Shown here: positions 1 through 10,131 of the stretch, one piece after another
Layout of the letters: the number at the start of each line of letters is the position of its first letter
Position numbering within the stretch: the first letter of the stretch is position 1
Virus record (IMG/VR): IMGVR_UViG_3300021431_000091
Location: 41,457-105,456 of that record
Direction: 5' to 3' (one strand)
DNA: 64,000 nucleotides
DNA from: a virus
Taxonomy: Duplodnaviria; Caudoviricetes
Notes under the pieces: model-generated
What the model was told of the DNA's origin: nothing
Database searches by the model: none
What the model saw: only the letters and a program-made list of their open reading frames with translations
Position numbers and translations under genes: made by a program

Positions 1-532
1 ACCGAGGTGGTGGGGTGTTCGGTTTTTTTACTTTCATTTAGTGCTCCAAGCCCTTTGTTTATCGGTGTTTCACTGATTTTTGGTGTAAATTTTTGTTTGT
101 TTCACTTTTGCCAAAAGTGAAAGTAAAAAGTACGTCAATACCTTATTTATATATAATGTTCCGAAATTTTTACATTTTTGAGTCAATTGTGAAAAAGTGT
201 TTAAAAATTGATAGCCTCGGCAACAAATTGAAAAATCTCTCGAAACCCCTCTATTTACAGGGCTCCCCAGTGATTTCCTTGTTGTGGGTTTGTTTTCCCA
301 TCTCACTAATCCAAGCCAAAATCGTGTCAAAAAATCAGAAAATGACCCCTTCAAAAGTCCCTTCAAACAGTCCCAAACCAACAAAAACACAAAAATTTCG
401 TAAATATTTTTGAAAACTTTTATTTTTTTCTTATATATCTTTTAAAGATATTGACCTACCCTAAACCTACCTACACATCCCATGTATTTTGTAAACTTTT
501 CCGAAAACTTTCAAAAAATAATTGCAGAAAAA

Positions 533-565
533 TTTGGAGACTGAAACAAAGACCGCAGATATTTG
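533..565 (+). promoter_or_regulatory. Near-consensus Bacteroidetes sigma-70 promoter upstream of the structured region
   Basis: TTTG (533-536), 21 nt, GATATTTG (558-565); one mismatch to TAnnTTTG. Confidence 0.45.
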
Positions 566-574
566 CAGTGTCAA

Positions 575-1240
575 TGATTCAGTCCCCAGCCATACAAAGG
601 GCATGGCACTCAAAGACAAGCGCTCTTTACATAATGCGACACAGGCTCTTTAGAGCCGAAGAACAAAGCTCGTCCCCAGCGTAATATAGTGGGCATGGCA
701 CGACTTTGTTGCAGGCATTCTCTCGAAGAGAGAACAACACCAGTAGAATGCCCTCCCCGTAGGGGAGACTGAAGAACCGACCAAAGCACTCAGCCCCGTA
801 TGTATAGCTAACAGGCGGGCGCGAGAGAGAGCAACCAAATTTTAGAACTTGTTCTAAAATTGCAGATGCAAGCCGACCACAAGTCAAAATGCTTGCATTT
901 TGTAGTCCCACAAGGACAGGCAATTCCTGCTTTAGAAAGCAGGAGGAGCGAACACTGGTTGAGCAACACCCTTTAGGGTGCCAGTTTGGGGGAACAACCC
1001 ATATAACTCGTAGAGTTATCTGCTATGTAGCAGCAGTCCCAGCGAAGAACTCGTTGCATACTCAGCTTTGCTGAGTGTGGAGGTCAAGGACACGTTAGAA
1101 ATTGCCGTGACCCAGCCCTTTATGGGCTGATAGCATAGGCTAACGAGAACAAACGGAGTTTGCTCTGGGTGGCTCTAAGAGAGCCGTCTCGGTTTCTTAG
1201 GGGTAAGCTATGCTTATGACCGACTCCCACCCAGGGCTCA
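575..1240 (+). ncRNA. Putative long structured non-coding RNA
   Basis: No credible ORF; more than 10 near-perfect hairpins (e.g. ggctctttagagcc, ctccccgtaggggag, tcctgctttagaaagcagga, caccctttagggtg, cagccctttatgggctg); internal repeat GTCCCCAGC...GGGCATGGCAC at 582 and 672. Confidence 0.5.
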
Positions 1241-1297
1241 AAAATTTTAATTTTTGTTTCATTTCAGCCCTACGGCATCACGGTCAAGCCGCATTTT

Positions 1298-1978
1298 ATG
1301 ACAACACGCAAGAATAACAATCGCAAGCAGAGTGCAACAACCCGCGTAAACAAAGCTGCCAAGACTGCAAAGCAGTCGGTCCACACTTGGAATGCCGTCA
1401 CAAGAGCTTTCCAAGAGCCTGCCAACCATAAGGTTGGACGTGACCTCCTTGAGGCTATGAACACTTTGGGTGTTCATGTGACCAGACTGGCAACCCTCAA
1501 GACGGCTGATTTCTTCACGGCATGGTGGGGTGGTCTGAAAGACCAGGCTGGCAACCCTCAGATGTTCAAGTCAGTCGGTTACAAAGTAACCGTCTGCGGA
1601 GAGGACAAGCAGCTCTATACCCTCGAAGAGGGTGGCATCTACAAAGCCGTCAAGACCTACGAAAAGCGCACCATTCTGTCTACGACAGACAAGAACTTCG
1701 ACAAGTCCGAGAACATAGCCCCTACTACGGATGTAGTAGTGGACGGTCTCAAGCAGTGTGCTCTTTACGACACTTGGGTGGCTAAAGCCAAGAAAGCCGA
1801 GAAGAGTGCCCAGTCTATGACTGAGGGTTACATCAACAACGGCACAGCCCAGCAGCCCGACTGGTGTCACGTTGCTCTTAGCAACGGGGAGTGGATGTTC
1901 ACTGGTCTCGAAGAGAAAGCTGCCAAGAAAAAGTCCACCAAAGGTGGCAAGAAGAGCAGCCTGAAGAAAGCAGCCTAA
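1298..1978 (+). CDS. Hypothetical early protein, Lys-rich termini
   Basis: 226-aa ORF with phage-like codon usage and AT-rich leader. Confidence 0.8.
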   Translation: MTTRKNNNRKQSATTRVNKAAKTAKQSVHTWNAVTRAFQEPANHKVGRDLLEAMNTLGVHVTRLATLKTADFFTAWWGGLKDQAGNPQMFKSVGYKVTVCGEDKQLYTLEEGGIYKAVKTYEKRTILSTTDKNFDKSENIAPTTDVVVDGLKQCALYDTWVAKAKKAEKSAQSMTEGYINNGTAQQPDWCHVALSNGEWMFTGLEEKAAKKKSTKGGKKSSLKKAA

Positions 1979-1999
1979 CCCCTATGGGGTCTCCTGGTA

Positions 2000-2068
2000 G
2001 CCATTGCAGCCCGACTTTGGTGGCTGGTAAAGCATAGCTTTATGGAGGGTTCGATTCCCTCCTTTGGC
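2000..2068 (+). ncRNA. tRNA-like element lacking a normal anticodon arm
   Basis: Perfect T arm GGAGGG-TTCGATT-CCCTCC (2044-2062), closing GCCA/TGGC, two internal hairpins. Confidence 0.4.
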
Positions 2069-2108
2069 ACTAACTAAGCCCTACCGCATCACGGCAAAGC
2101 GGACAGAT

Positions 2109-2552
2109 ATGCGAGAAATACTCACTATGGGCGATATGTTTACAAAAGCCCAGCTTAGTGCTCTGGAAAAGGGCATCAAAGCAGACCAAAGGGAGGGGCT
2201 GCCCCTGCGTTTACGCAAAAAAGCCCAAAAGTCCGAAATGGAGGAAATTCGTAGCAAAGTCCAGTGGCAGCGTCACAAGAAACAGGCGGGCGACTGGGTA
2301 AGCAAAAAGCCCTACATCACGCAGGAAGAGGCTCAGAAAGCGTTCAATGCAAGGGAGTCAAAGCGTGAAGAGCGCAAAGCTGCAAGGTGTACCCTGGAGA
2401 CAGGTGCGCAAATGTTCAACACAGGCAAGGGCGTGCGTACAAAGAAGCGCGTTTCCGACCACGTTGGAGAGAAAACTGGCAGCTATCTTCATGTTATCAG
2501 GTTCGCAAACTCAAAAGTCACAATAGTGTGCAAATCCAAGAAAACTTTTTAA
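2109..2552 (+). CDS. Hypothetical basic protein
   Basis: ORF 2064-2552; ATG 2109 follows the same leader motif as the ATG at 1298. Confidence 0.7.
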   Translation: MREILTMGDMFTKAQLSALEKGIKADQREGLPLRLRKKAQKSEMEEIRSKVQWQRHKKQAGDWVSKKPYITQEEAQKAFNARESKREERKAARCTLETGAQMFNTGKGVRTKKRVSDHVGEKTGSYLHVIRFANSKVTIVCKSKKTF

Positions 2553-2604
2553 CAATCACACAAAGCAGTTGTAGCCGCTCAGGGTGTGGGGCTACTGTAT
2601 CATC

Positions 2605-3063
2605 ATGGCAAACGCTAAAAGGACCGCAGGAAAGACTGCAAAGACCGAGAAGAAGGGCGCAAACTATCAGTTTGCAAGTATATTCACGGGTATGGATGCT
2701 GAGACTGCAAAGACAGCACTGGCAGCAGTAAAAGCAGCCTATGAGCACCACATCAAGACGCTGAAAATGCGTGACAAGGAGGTTGACCGCTTGCAGAAGC
2801 GTGCGGACAAGTTGGAAATCAAGCAGGTCTCCCTGGCTGACAAGAAAACCATCAAGAAGATGAAGTTCAAGCTGGTGGACTACTCTGAGAAGTGCTTTGT
2901 CCTGAGCACGGATGCGGATACAAAGTGCCTCATGGTGGCATTCAAGGAGCTTGGTGGCAAGTGGAACGGACGCTTGAAGAACTGCGGTAGCGGTAGCTAT
3001 GTGTTCTCCAAGGAGAAGAGCCTTGCCCAGGTTAAGAGCGCACTCAAGGGGTGCTTTGCGTAA
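2605..3063 (+). CDS. Hypothetical protein
   Basis: ORF track 2584-3063, probable ATG 2605. Confidence 0.75.
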   Translation: MANAKRTAGKTAKTEKKGANYQFASIFTGMDAETAKTALAAVKAAYEHHIKTLKMRDKEVDRLQKRADKLEIKQVSLADKKTIKKMKFKLVDYSEKCFVLSTDADTKCLMVAFKELGGKWNGRLKNCGSGSYVFSKEKSLAQVKSALKGCFA

Positions 3064-3323
3064 CGAAAAATGCAGACAAAATTCCCATGACACCACAGGA
3101 CAAAATCATCATGCTCTCAAGGGCACGACGTATCCTTGAGGGTCATGGCAGGGTATCAGTGAGCGAGGTGCATGACATAATCGTGCGCCTCCTTGACGAT
3201 GAACTTGACGCATATCTTGGAGCCCGTCCTGAGTAGCAATATGGCAGACACCCAGCCGTTTCGAGGGTTGGGCGGGCACAACACAATCTTATGTTTTTTG
3301 TTTCACTAAACATTTTCGCAATT

Positions 3324-3527
3324 ATGACAACAAAATTTGGACCCAAGGGAAAGACCTTGCTGCAAAACCTCATTGCAGGAATGAATGAGGCAAAACAAAA
3401 GTGGCAGGTGCGCTATGAGGCTGCAACTGACGAGTATCTGAAACTGAAAGCCCTCAATATGGTGAACTGGTACGCCCAGGAAATCCAGGCTTACAAGCAA
3501 ATGATTAGGGAGGGAGTGCGCGTATGA
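3324..3527 (+). CDS. Hypothetical protein
   Basis: ATG after AT-rich leader; ATGA overlap with next ORF. Confidence 0.65.
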   Translation: MTTKFGPKGKTLLQNLIAGMNEAKQKWQVRYEAATDEYLKLKALNMVNWYAQEIQAYKQMIREGVRV

Positions 3528-3670
3528 CTACCAGGGAATTCGAGGTTGACAGCATGACCCATGTTGACGACCTGACCGAGAGACTGTATGACACCTATTC
3601 GAGGGTAGAGGTCATCAAGTGCGTGAAAACTATGATTAACGTCATCGTCCTTGTGGCGGTGGGCTACTAA
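3524..3670 (+). CDS. Small hypothetical protein (48 aa), below ORF-track cutoff
   Basis: MTTREFEVDS...VAVGY; ATGA coupling to upstream gene. Confidence 0.5.
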   Translation: MTTREFEVDSMTHVDDLTERLYDTYSRVEVIKCVKTMINVIVLVAVGY

Positions 3671-3687
3671 CTGGAAAGGGGGCTACT

Positions 3688-3891
3688 ATGGATGCAAATA
3701 TGCTGAAGAAACGTGCCTACGATGAGATTGAGGGCATTTTCAAGATGATGGCATACGCTGGTGTGTCCATGTACGTGATTACCTTTCGTATGAAGGAACT
3801 TATGCAGGAGTACAATATTTCCAAGCTGGAAATTGATATGCTCAGGCGCGAGGTCCTGTATCAGATTAACTTTTTGAACAACCCAATTTAG
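3688..3891 (+). CDS. Hypothetical protein
   Basis: 67-aa ORF in tandem early operon. Confidence 0.6.
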   Translation: MDANMLKKRAYDEIEGIFKMMAYAGVSMYVITFRMKELMQEYNISKLEIDMLRREVLYQINFLNNPI

Positions 3892-4065
3892 CGAGAATAT
3901 GCTGAAATTTGCAGAAAAGCGTGGCAAGAGAACACGCTGTATCAGACATGGCATCGAGAGCCACTGGGATGACTTCACCCAGAGAGTTGAAGCAGTGTTA
4001 ATAACCTCCAGGCTTGTCGTAAGGGCAACACCAGCTGGCAAGCGGATTAACTACAGTTTTGCAAA

Positions 4066-4275
4066 ATGAAAGACTTGGTAAAATTCGTGCTCATGGGACT
4101 TGTGCTTGTCCCGTGCGTGCTGGTGTTCAATGAGGGCACCAATATGTTCTGGAATGTGCTGGGAGCAGTGTACCTGTTCGTGCTTGCTGCCTATGTAATT
4201 GGTAATGCAAAGAAAATGGACGAGCTACTAAGACGCATGGAACAGTTCGAGAAAAACTTAATGGACGTTAAATGA
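4066..4275 (+). CDS. Small membrane protein (2 TM)
   Basis: Two hydrophobic segments. Confidence 0.7.
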   Translation: MKDLVKFVLMGLVLVPCVLVFNEGTNMFWNVLGAVYLFVLAAYVIGNAKKMDELLRRMEQFEKNLMDVK

Positions 4276-4351
4276 CGTTCCAAAAGGTTAATAAATCAAC
4301 GGGGCTGGGGTAACTCAGCCCTATTTCATAACGTACTAAAAACAAAACGAA

Positions 4352-5233
4352 ATGGACAAGAATATTGTATTTTTCGGAGAGAGCGGACTGACATCTACAT
4401 CCGCTAACCATGTGGCTAACCTTGCAAAGGAATATGCCCAGAAACAAGAGAGTTGGCTGAATAATGTTTGTTTCTATTCCACCAAGGTCGGGCTGATTGG
4501 AACTGGCAACACGAATCAGATAGGCATTGGTTATTGTGACGAGGAACTTGCTGCAATCCCAGCCAAACTGGAAGAGGTCACGAAAGCCAAGTCTCTGATC
4601 GCGTGGCTGCGTGAGGCTATCAAGGCGCGTGATACCATGTTCGAGGCAGCCAACACAAAGGACATTGAGGAGTGGTACAAGGAGCGTGGTCTTGAGTTCT
4701 GGAAAGCACCCAGCCGTCCAACTCCATTCACTAAGGACGACATCATTGCAACCCTGAACATCAAGGAGCGCAACCACATCTATACGCTGGAGACCATGTG
4801 TGCCGTCATTGGCAAGTATATACACCCAGACGGAAAGTATTCCATTGCCAGGAAGAAAGCAGCAAATGTTGTAGATGTTCCGTTTGAGGTTCATGGAGAG
4901 GGGCGAGATGCTATGGTCTATGAGTTCTATTGCACTGTCAGCAATGATGATGTGGACCAGTTGTTCTTCGAGTTGCAAGCTAAGCACCGTGCTGCCCAGG
5001 CTGAGCTGAACAAGATACTCCATGAGATTGATGAGCGTGTCCGTGAGGCTAATATGGCTCAGAATGCCCAGTACGCTGAGAAACTGCGTGAGTGGGATGT
5101 GGCTGGCAAGAAGCAGCTGGCTGAGTTTGAGGCATGGAAGAGTGAGGAGACCAAGCGTATCGCTGACCTCAAGATTGTCATCCCAGACCACCTCAAGGGA
5201 ATCTACGAGACTGTGAATGCGTTAGGAAAATAA
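4352..5233 (+). CDS. Hypothetical coiled-coil phage protein
   Basis: 293-aa ORF, N-terminal GLTSTSANHVANLAKE, helical C-terminus. Confidence 0.85.
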   Translation: MDKNIVFFGESGLTSTSANHVANLAKEYAQKQESWLNNVCFYSTKVGLIGTGNTNQIGIGYCDEELAAIPAKLEEVTKAKSLIAWLREAIKARDTMFEAANTKDIEEWYKERGLEFWKAPSRPTPFTKDDIIATLNIKERNHIYTLETMCAVIGKYIHPDGKYSIARKKAANVVDVPFEVHGEGRDAMVYEFYCTVSNDDVDQLFFELQAKHRAAQAELNKILHEIDERVREANMAQNAQYAEKLREWDVAGKKQLAEFEAWKSEETKRIADLKIVIPDHLKGIYETVNALGK

Positions 5234-5238
5234 TATAC

Positions 5239-5522
5239 ATGTGCGGGTAACCCAGGACTGACCCCATTTGGGAGAAACCTGGGTGTATGCGCAAGGAAAG
5301 GCGTTCTTACAACATAAAATGAAGAATAAATGAAACAATGCGGTTGTGCTGTGCCGTCCTTAATGGAACACGGCATGACCTTTCTCCAAGTGCCGCGAAT
5401 TTACCGCCCTGAGATGCATTGATTTGCGGAGGGTTCGCTCTTGCTCTTGTTGCGGTTTGGAGGTTCTTGATATTGTTCTTGGCTTCATTCTTGTTGCGTT
5501 TTTCCAAGTGCAGCCCGCACAT
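5239..5522 (+). ncRNA. Putative structured intergenic RNA (or small membrane-peptide locus)
   Basis: Closed by 9-bp inverted repeat ATGTGCGGG/CCCGCACAT; internal hairpins and a T-rich (N)TTCTT-type tract. Confidence 0.35.
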
Positions 5523-5539
5523 TTTAATCCCATACGAAA

Positions 5540-5983
5540 ATGATTTCGAATTTCACTACAATTGAGCAGAGCAAGGCTTTGCTTGAGGCTGGACTTGACC
5601 CGATGACAGCTGACATGAAGTATATCGGTTGTTCTGAGGATAAGCTGTTTCCAGACATGCATAAGTACTGTCCGTCATTTGACCAGTTCCTCAATCCTGT
5701 ACTGCCATGTTGGACTGTTGCGAGACTTCTTGTCCTACTCCCAGACCACATTACGATTTGTGAGACTGGTAGGATACGCAAGCAGTACCACCTGGAAATT
5801 TCCAAGTATGAGCCCTGGGACTACGGGGTTTGCTATGTTTACGGGTTCTACCCAGATGAATCAGTCCTTAAGGAGACTGGTGGAGAGAATCTTCTTGACG
5901 CTCTTGTGGAAATGCTATGCTGGGTCATGGATAACCACTATGAGGATACTGAAACACAATCAGAAATCATTAACGAAAAATAA
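5540..5983 (+). CDS. Hypothetical phage protein
   Basis: 147-aa ORF (TTIEQSKALLEAGL...ADM...PCWT). Confidence 0.8.
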   Translation: MISNFTTIEQSKALLEAGLDPMTADMKYIGCSEDKLFPDMHKYCPSFDQFLNPVLPCWTVARLLVLLPDHITICETGRIRKQYHLEISKYEPWDYGVCYVYGFYPDESVLKETGGENLLDALVEMLCWVMDNHYEDTETQSEIINEK

Positions 5984-5985
5984 TC

Positions 5986-7785
5986 ATGGCTTATTCAACA
6001 GACGAGGTTGCCCACAGATGGGCACACAATATGATGGGAAGAAATGGCGAGGTTTATGGTAACAGCGTTCATGCCGATTCCATCAGTTTCTACAGTTACA
6101 GCACCGTTATTGCCCAGTACGTTGACCGTGAAAAGGGTGTTGTGCTGTATGATGACAGAAGCTACAGCAACACCACATGTAAGCATCAGTGTGCGGTCAG
6201 TATGGCACTCCCGAATAGTGTGGTTGTCATTGTCACAAACAATGCCAATGTGCTCTGGTGGAGAGAAAAGTGGGACGCTAATGCAAGAATGAAGGTTGTT
6301 GACGACCTAATCGGTTCGATGTATGAGGGGCTTAAGCCTTATCTGACATCAAAGAACCACGGCTTTGACCCATATTACGGAAATAATACGTATTGCAGGT
6401 ATCGCAATCTTCCAGCTATCGATAAACTAAACGCATTGTATGGCGATTGCAGTCTGAAAAAGTGGCTGCGTAGCAAGCGTGGAAAGCTGGGTAAGTGGGG
6501 CAAGAAGAGTGACCAGTACAGGAAGCGTAACATGGTCAAGGCACTTATCGAGAACCAGCGTCTTGATAAGGTTGTGGATGCCACATTTGGAGACGGAACC
6601 TGGGCAGCCTATATGAAGCGCAATTCAGCGATTGACAAGGCAAGGGCTACGATGGCTAAGACCAATATGTTCATGCAGGACTATATGGGGTTTGATTTTG
6701 AGCCTTTCGGTGGAGTCAACAGGCATCACTGGGGTGGCAGTATGCAAATCAAGTCCAAGTGGTCTGTCAAGCAGCTGCGAAAGATGACCGTGAGTGAGCG
6801 CATAGATATTCGTGCCCAGGTCAAGTACAACAGGGAGCACGGAATCTATGGCAGCGACATCTTCGGAGAGGAGAAGCGCAAGAACGATTCTTACAACAGA
6901 GCTTTGAAATTCCTGGGTATCACAACCTATAAGCCATATCGCTGGGGAAACGATGCTGAGGAGAGGCTTATTGATAGCATGGTTGACGGGGATAAGATGA
7001 TTTACTCAAGAACCCAGTATGACCGTGTTATCAAGGCAAACGGAGACACTGGAAGCTATATACGCTACCCCAAGGAGCTGCAAAAAGAGTTCAACTTTGC
7101 CCAGGATTCCGAGTTGTACAAGATGTTCTGCGAGTATCCTGACAAGTTCGTGTTCAGAAAGCGTCTCCAGAAGAAACTGGAAATCTGGCAGAGACGTATC
7201 AAGGGCTACTGGTTGCAGATGTGCGTCAAAGAGAACCCAGACCTCCAGCTTTCGGGAGACGAGAACCACATGCTCAACGAAATCGTTATCCGTATGGAGC
7301 ACTGGGCAGCTGAGGAGGCAGAGCGTAGGAGAGTTGAAGCCCAGAGACGTGCCGAGGAAGAGCGTGAGAGGCGTGAGCGTGAGAGACAGAGACAGCTTGA
7401 GACCATCAAGGCTATGGAGGAATACAAGAACGGTGGTCTGGATGCGGTCCGTGATTTGTACTGGAACAAGGACAAGCAGCTTCCCTATGAGATACGCTAT
7501 AACAAGGACATCAACTTCGGTGGTAACGTCCTGCTGAGATTTGCCCACCAGGAAGGATATATTGAGACCTCAAAGGGTATCAGACTGAGCTTTGAGGAAT
7601 GCCACAGATACTGGAACACCATCAAACGCTGGCACGACACTGGAAAGTTCGAGGAAAACGTTACGATGGCTGGGTATCGGGTCAATTCCTTCGAGAACGA
7701 TATTCTTGTGGCTGGCTGTCATGAGATTGCCTACTGCGAGATGGAGAGAATGTATGCAGCCATGTGTGAAAAAGAGGCTGCGTGA
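5986..7785 (+). CDS. Large hypothetical protein with charged coiled-coil segment
   Basis: 599-aa ORF. Confidence 0.85.
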   Translation: MAYSTDEVAHRWAHNMMGRNGEVYGNSVHADSISFYSYSTVIAQYVDREKGVVLYDDRSYSNTTCKHQCAVSMALPNSVVVIVTNNANVLWWREKWDANARMKVVDDLIGSMYEGLKPYLTSKNHGFDPYYGNNTYCRYRNLPAIDKLNALYGDCSLKKWLRSKRGKLGKWGKKSDQYRKRNMVKALIENQRLDKVVDATFGDGTWAAYMKRNSAIDKARATMAKTNMFMQDYMGFDFEPFGGVNRHHWGGSMQIKSKWSVKQLRKMTVSERIDIRAQVKYNREHGIYGSDIFGEEKRKNDSYNRALKFLGITTYKPYRWGNDAEERLIDSMVDGDKMIYSRTQYDRVIKANGDTGSYIRYPKELQKEFNFAQDSELYKMFCEYPDKFVFRKRLQKKLEIWQRRIKGYWLQMCVKENPDLQLSGDENHMLNEIVIRMEHWAAEEAERRRVEAQRRAEEERERRERERQRQLETIKAMEEYKNGGLDAVRDLYWNKDKQLPYEIRYNKDINFGGNVLLRFAHQEGYIETSKGIRLSFEECHRYWNTIKRWHDTGKFEENVTMAGYRVNSFENDILVAGCHEIAYCEMERMYAAMCEKEAA

Positions 7786-7878
7786 AGATATTGCGGAGAC
7801 GATTGTTTTTCGTAATTGTGTGATTGTTGTCGGGGCTGGGTTTACATGCCCAGTTCCCGATTTAAAAAAGAAAGCGTT

Positions 7879-8331
7879 ATGATTACAAACTTCCAATACA
7901 ACGATATTGTCCTTTATGCAAAGGGATGGTATGAGAGGACAGACCTGTATGAAGATTTAGGTTACCTTCTATCAAAAATATATGGATGGACACCTAAAAG
8001 AGATGATGAATTGGCGCATTTCATGCTTATTATCCTTGATAGAATTTGTGAGGAGCAGGGTAAGAAATTCTCCAGTGGTTATTTGTGTTCTTTTGCATCT
8101 TTCTGGAATGAGGTAAACAGGTATTCAGACATTTATGAATGCACTTATAATAGAGCAATCATACTTCTTGTGCTTGGTAGGCTCCAGGAATTAACAAAAG
8201 ACGAAATAAAACTGAATCCACCACATTACGGGAAGAAAGAGCATTTCCGTATGGGGTGTTTGCTTGGAAAGAATCCTATCTCAATGACCTATACGGAAAT
8301 GAATAGGAGGGCACAAAAGATTTTCACTTAA
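7879..8331 (+). CDS. Hypothetical protein
   Basis: ORF track 7816-8331, probable ATG 7879. Confidence 0.7.
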   Translation: MITNFQYNDIVLYAKGWYERTDLYEDLGYLLSKIYGWTPKRDDELAHFMLIILDRICEEQGKKFSSGYLCSFASFWNEVNRYSDIYECTYNRAIILLVLGRLQELTKDEIKLNPPHYGKKEHFRMGCLLGKNPISMTYTEMNRRAQKIFT

Positions 8332-8516
8332 CATAAAACTGAAAGTAAAATGACAAAGCAAGAGTTAATCAACAAGCTTTCGGGTTATCACGATGATGCT
8401 GAAATACGTATCTCGACAAAGCAGAAGTCACCCAGGACATTGTATTGTGCCGAGGGTGTACAGGATGCGTTCGGAGACAAGAGTAGTGTGGTAATCTGGG
8501 GTGGTTTCTAAAACTT

Positions 8517-9233
8517 ATGACTATGGTTAACAAGATTATTGAGCAGATGCGCTCATACCTTCCAGAGAATGCGAGCTGCAAAAATGACTTCGAGAGGTAT
8601 GATGTTCCAGAAATTATGAAAAATCTGGAGCCGTTCTTCTGGTCGGTTCGTAGCTATGGAACATCACTCTGTCACATTGGTCCGACAAGGATGAACAGGC
8701 TGTTTGAGAATGAGGCAAGCAGGTTCCAGATATTCCGAGACCACGATGCTCCGATTGCGGGTATCAGGTACTGGCATGAGGGTAAGCTGTTTTTCTTTGA
8801 CGGGCTTCAACTTGTGGGTGTCAGCAAAGATGATGTCCAGTGTATTTATGAAAACATCTGGTGCAAGGAAATATGCAAGGTTATTGAAAGGCACCCAGAC
8901 GAATTTGAGATGTGCGACAAACCGCTGGAAATCAGAATGGAAGAGTGTGTGGCTGCAAAACTTGATGCAAGCATGGCATTTGCAAAGAGCATCAGTGACA
9001 CCAGCCTTGAGGAATGCTTGGCAAGATTATCTAAGCACTCCAGGTTCGGAGTTGACCACTATATCACGCTAATGAGTGATTTTTCAGAACATGGCTATCT
9101 GTTCTTTGAGAACCTGAACGGAGAATGTAGAATGAATGGCGGTATCATCTATCATGGCAACCCCAAAGAGGGCTATAAGGAGAATTCAAGTGTACAAATT
9201 AACCCCAGCTACGGCTGGTCAATCCATACTTAA
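8517..9233 (+). CDS. Hypothetical protein, possible DUF4120-like C-terminus
   Basis: C-terminal NGGIIYHG...GWSIHT motif, recalled from Bacteroides mobile-element proteins. Confidence 0.6.
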   Translation: MTMVNKIIEQMRSYLPENASCKNDFERYDVPEIMKNLEPFFWSVRSYGTSLCHIGPTRMNRLFENEASRFQIFRDHDAPIAGIRYWHEGKLFFFDGLQLVGVSKDDVQCIYENIWCKEICKVIERHPDEFEMCDKPLEIRMEECVAAKLDASMAFAKSISDTSLEECLARLSKHSRFGVDHYITLMSDFSEHGYLFFENLNGECRMNGGIIYHGNPKEGYKENSSVQINPSYGWSIHT

Positions 9234-9234
9234 T

Positions 9235-9417
9235 ATGAAATACGAAGCACAAATGGAAGCCCTTGCCCACTACACTGTTGAAGTTGAAGCTGACAGCATG
9301 GAAGAGGCTAAGGAAAAAGCAAGAAACATGAATTTCCCAAAAGAGGAAATGGAAATTGAGGAACCTATACCAACATTCGTTGAGTGTAGAGAGACTGGAG
9401 AAACAGGTTGGTGGTAA
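9235..9417 (+). CDS. Small acidic hypothetical protein
   Basis: VEVEADSMEEAKEKA motif; ATG 9235. Confidence 0.65.
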   Translation: MKYEAQMEALAHYTVEVEADSMEEAKEKARNMNFPKEEMEIEEPIPTFVECRETGETGWW

Positions 9418-9428
9418 TTTTATCTATT

Positions 9429-9821
9429 ATGGCAACAACAATCAAGTATCAGGACAAGGAAATACAGCTGTCCAGTGAGTACCTTGGGATCGCTTACCCC
9501 TGGGGAGAGAAGTACAAAAAGGAGCATCACTTGGTTACGGTTAAGGTTGACCGTCATGAGGCTAAGTTTGACTTTTACTGCAACGACAGAGTGCTCAAGG
9601 CTAATAACCTCAGAGAGGCTTTTTACTACTTCCTGTCTGACGGAATCGCCTTCTACAATGCTGGAAGTATCGATGAGTTTGCTGCTGAGTTCGGCTATGA
9701 TAAGCCATCCCAGCTGTTAGATGCTTATGAGGGCTGCAAGGATGCGTGGTTCAAATGGAAGCCGTTTGGAATCAATGCGTGGAACCTTGCAAATTGGCTA
9801 CAGGAAAAATACGATTTGTGA
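9429..9821 (+). CDS. Hypothetical protein
   Basis: Tightly packed ORF. Confidence 0.75.
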   Translation: MATTIKYQDKEIQLSSEYLGIAYPWGEKYKKEHHLVTVKVDRHEAKFDFYCNDRVLKANNLREAFYYFLSDGIAFYNAGSIDEFAAEFGYDKPSQLLDAYEGCKDAWFKWKPFGINAWNLANWLQEKYDL

Positions 9822-9822
9822 T

Positions 9823-10131
9823 ATGGCAAAACAATTCAAACAATCCAAGTTCCTCGTAATTGAGGCTACCGAGGCAGAGTTCGCTGCAATCGGTTTTGGT
9901 TTCCCAGTTCAGTTCGTTGGTCGTGTTATTGTATGCGACAACTGCAACGAGCAGATTAATGGTGAAACGTGCTATTTCATCCCAGTTTTGAATCGGGTGT
10001 TCTGTAAGGAATGCTTTGACCACTGGAATGCTACTGCTGAGCACTACTCAGAGGATGACAGCTATGAGAAGGTGCATTATGACGGAGTAAAGAACAAACT
10101 AATTGAAATAGGAGTTTGGGGAGATGAGTAA
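9823..10131 (+). CDS. Hypothetical Zn-finger protein
   Basis: CDNC...CKEC. Confidence 0.7.
   Translation: MAKQFKQSKFLVIEATEAEFAAIGFGFPVQFVGRVIVCDNCNEQINGETCYFIPVLNRVFCKECFDHWNATAEHYSEDDSYEKVHYDGVKNKLIEIGVWGDE

Noticed and set aside
70-413. Two 106-aa ORFs at the window start
   Set aside because: AT-rich low-complexity region, overlapping on opposite strands, with no coding signature.
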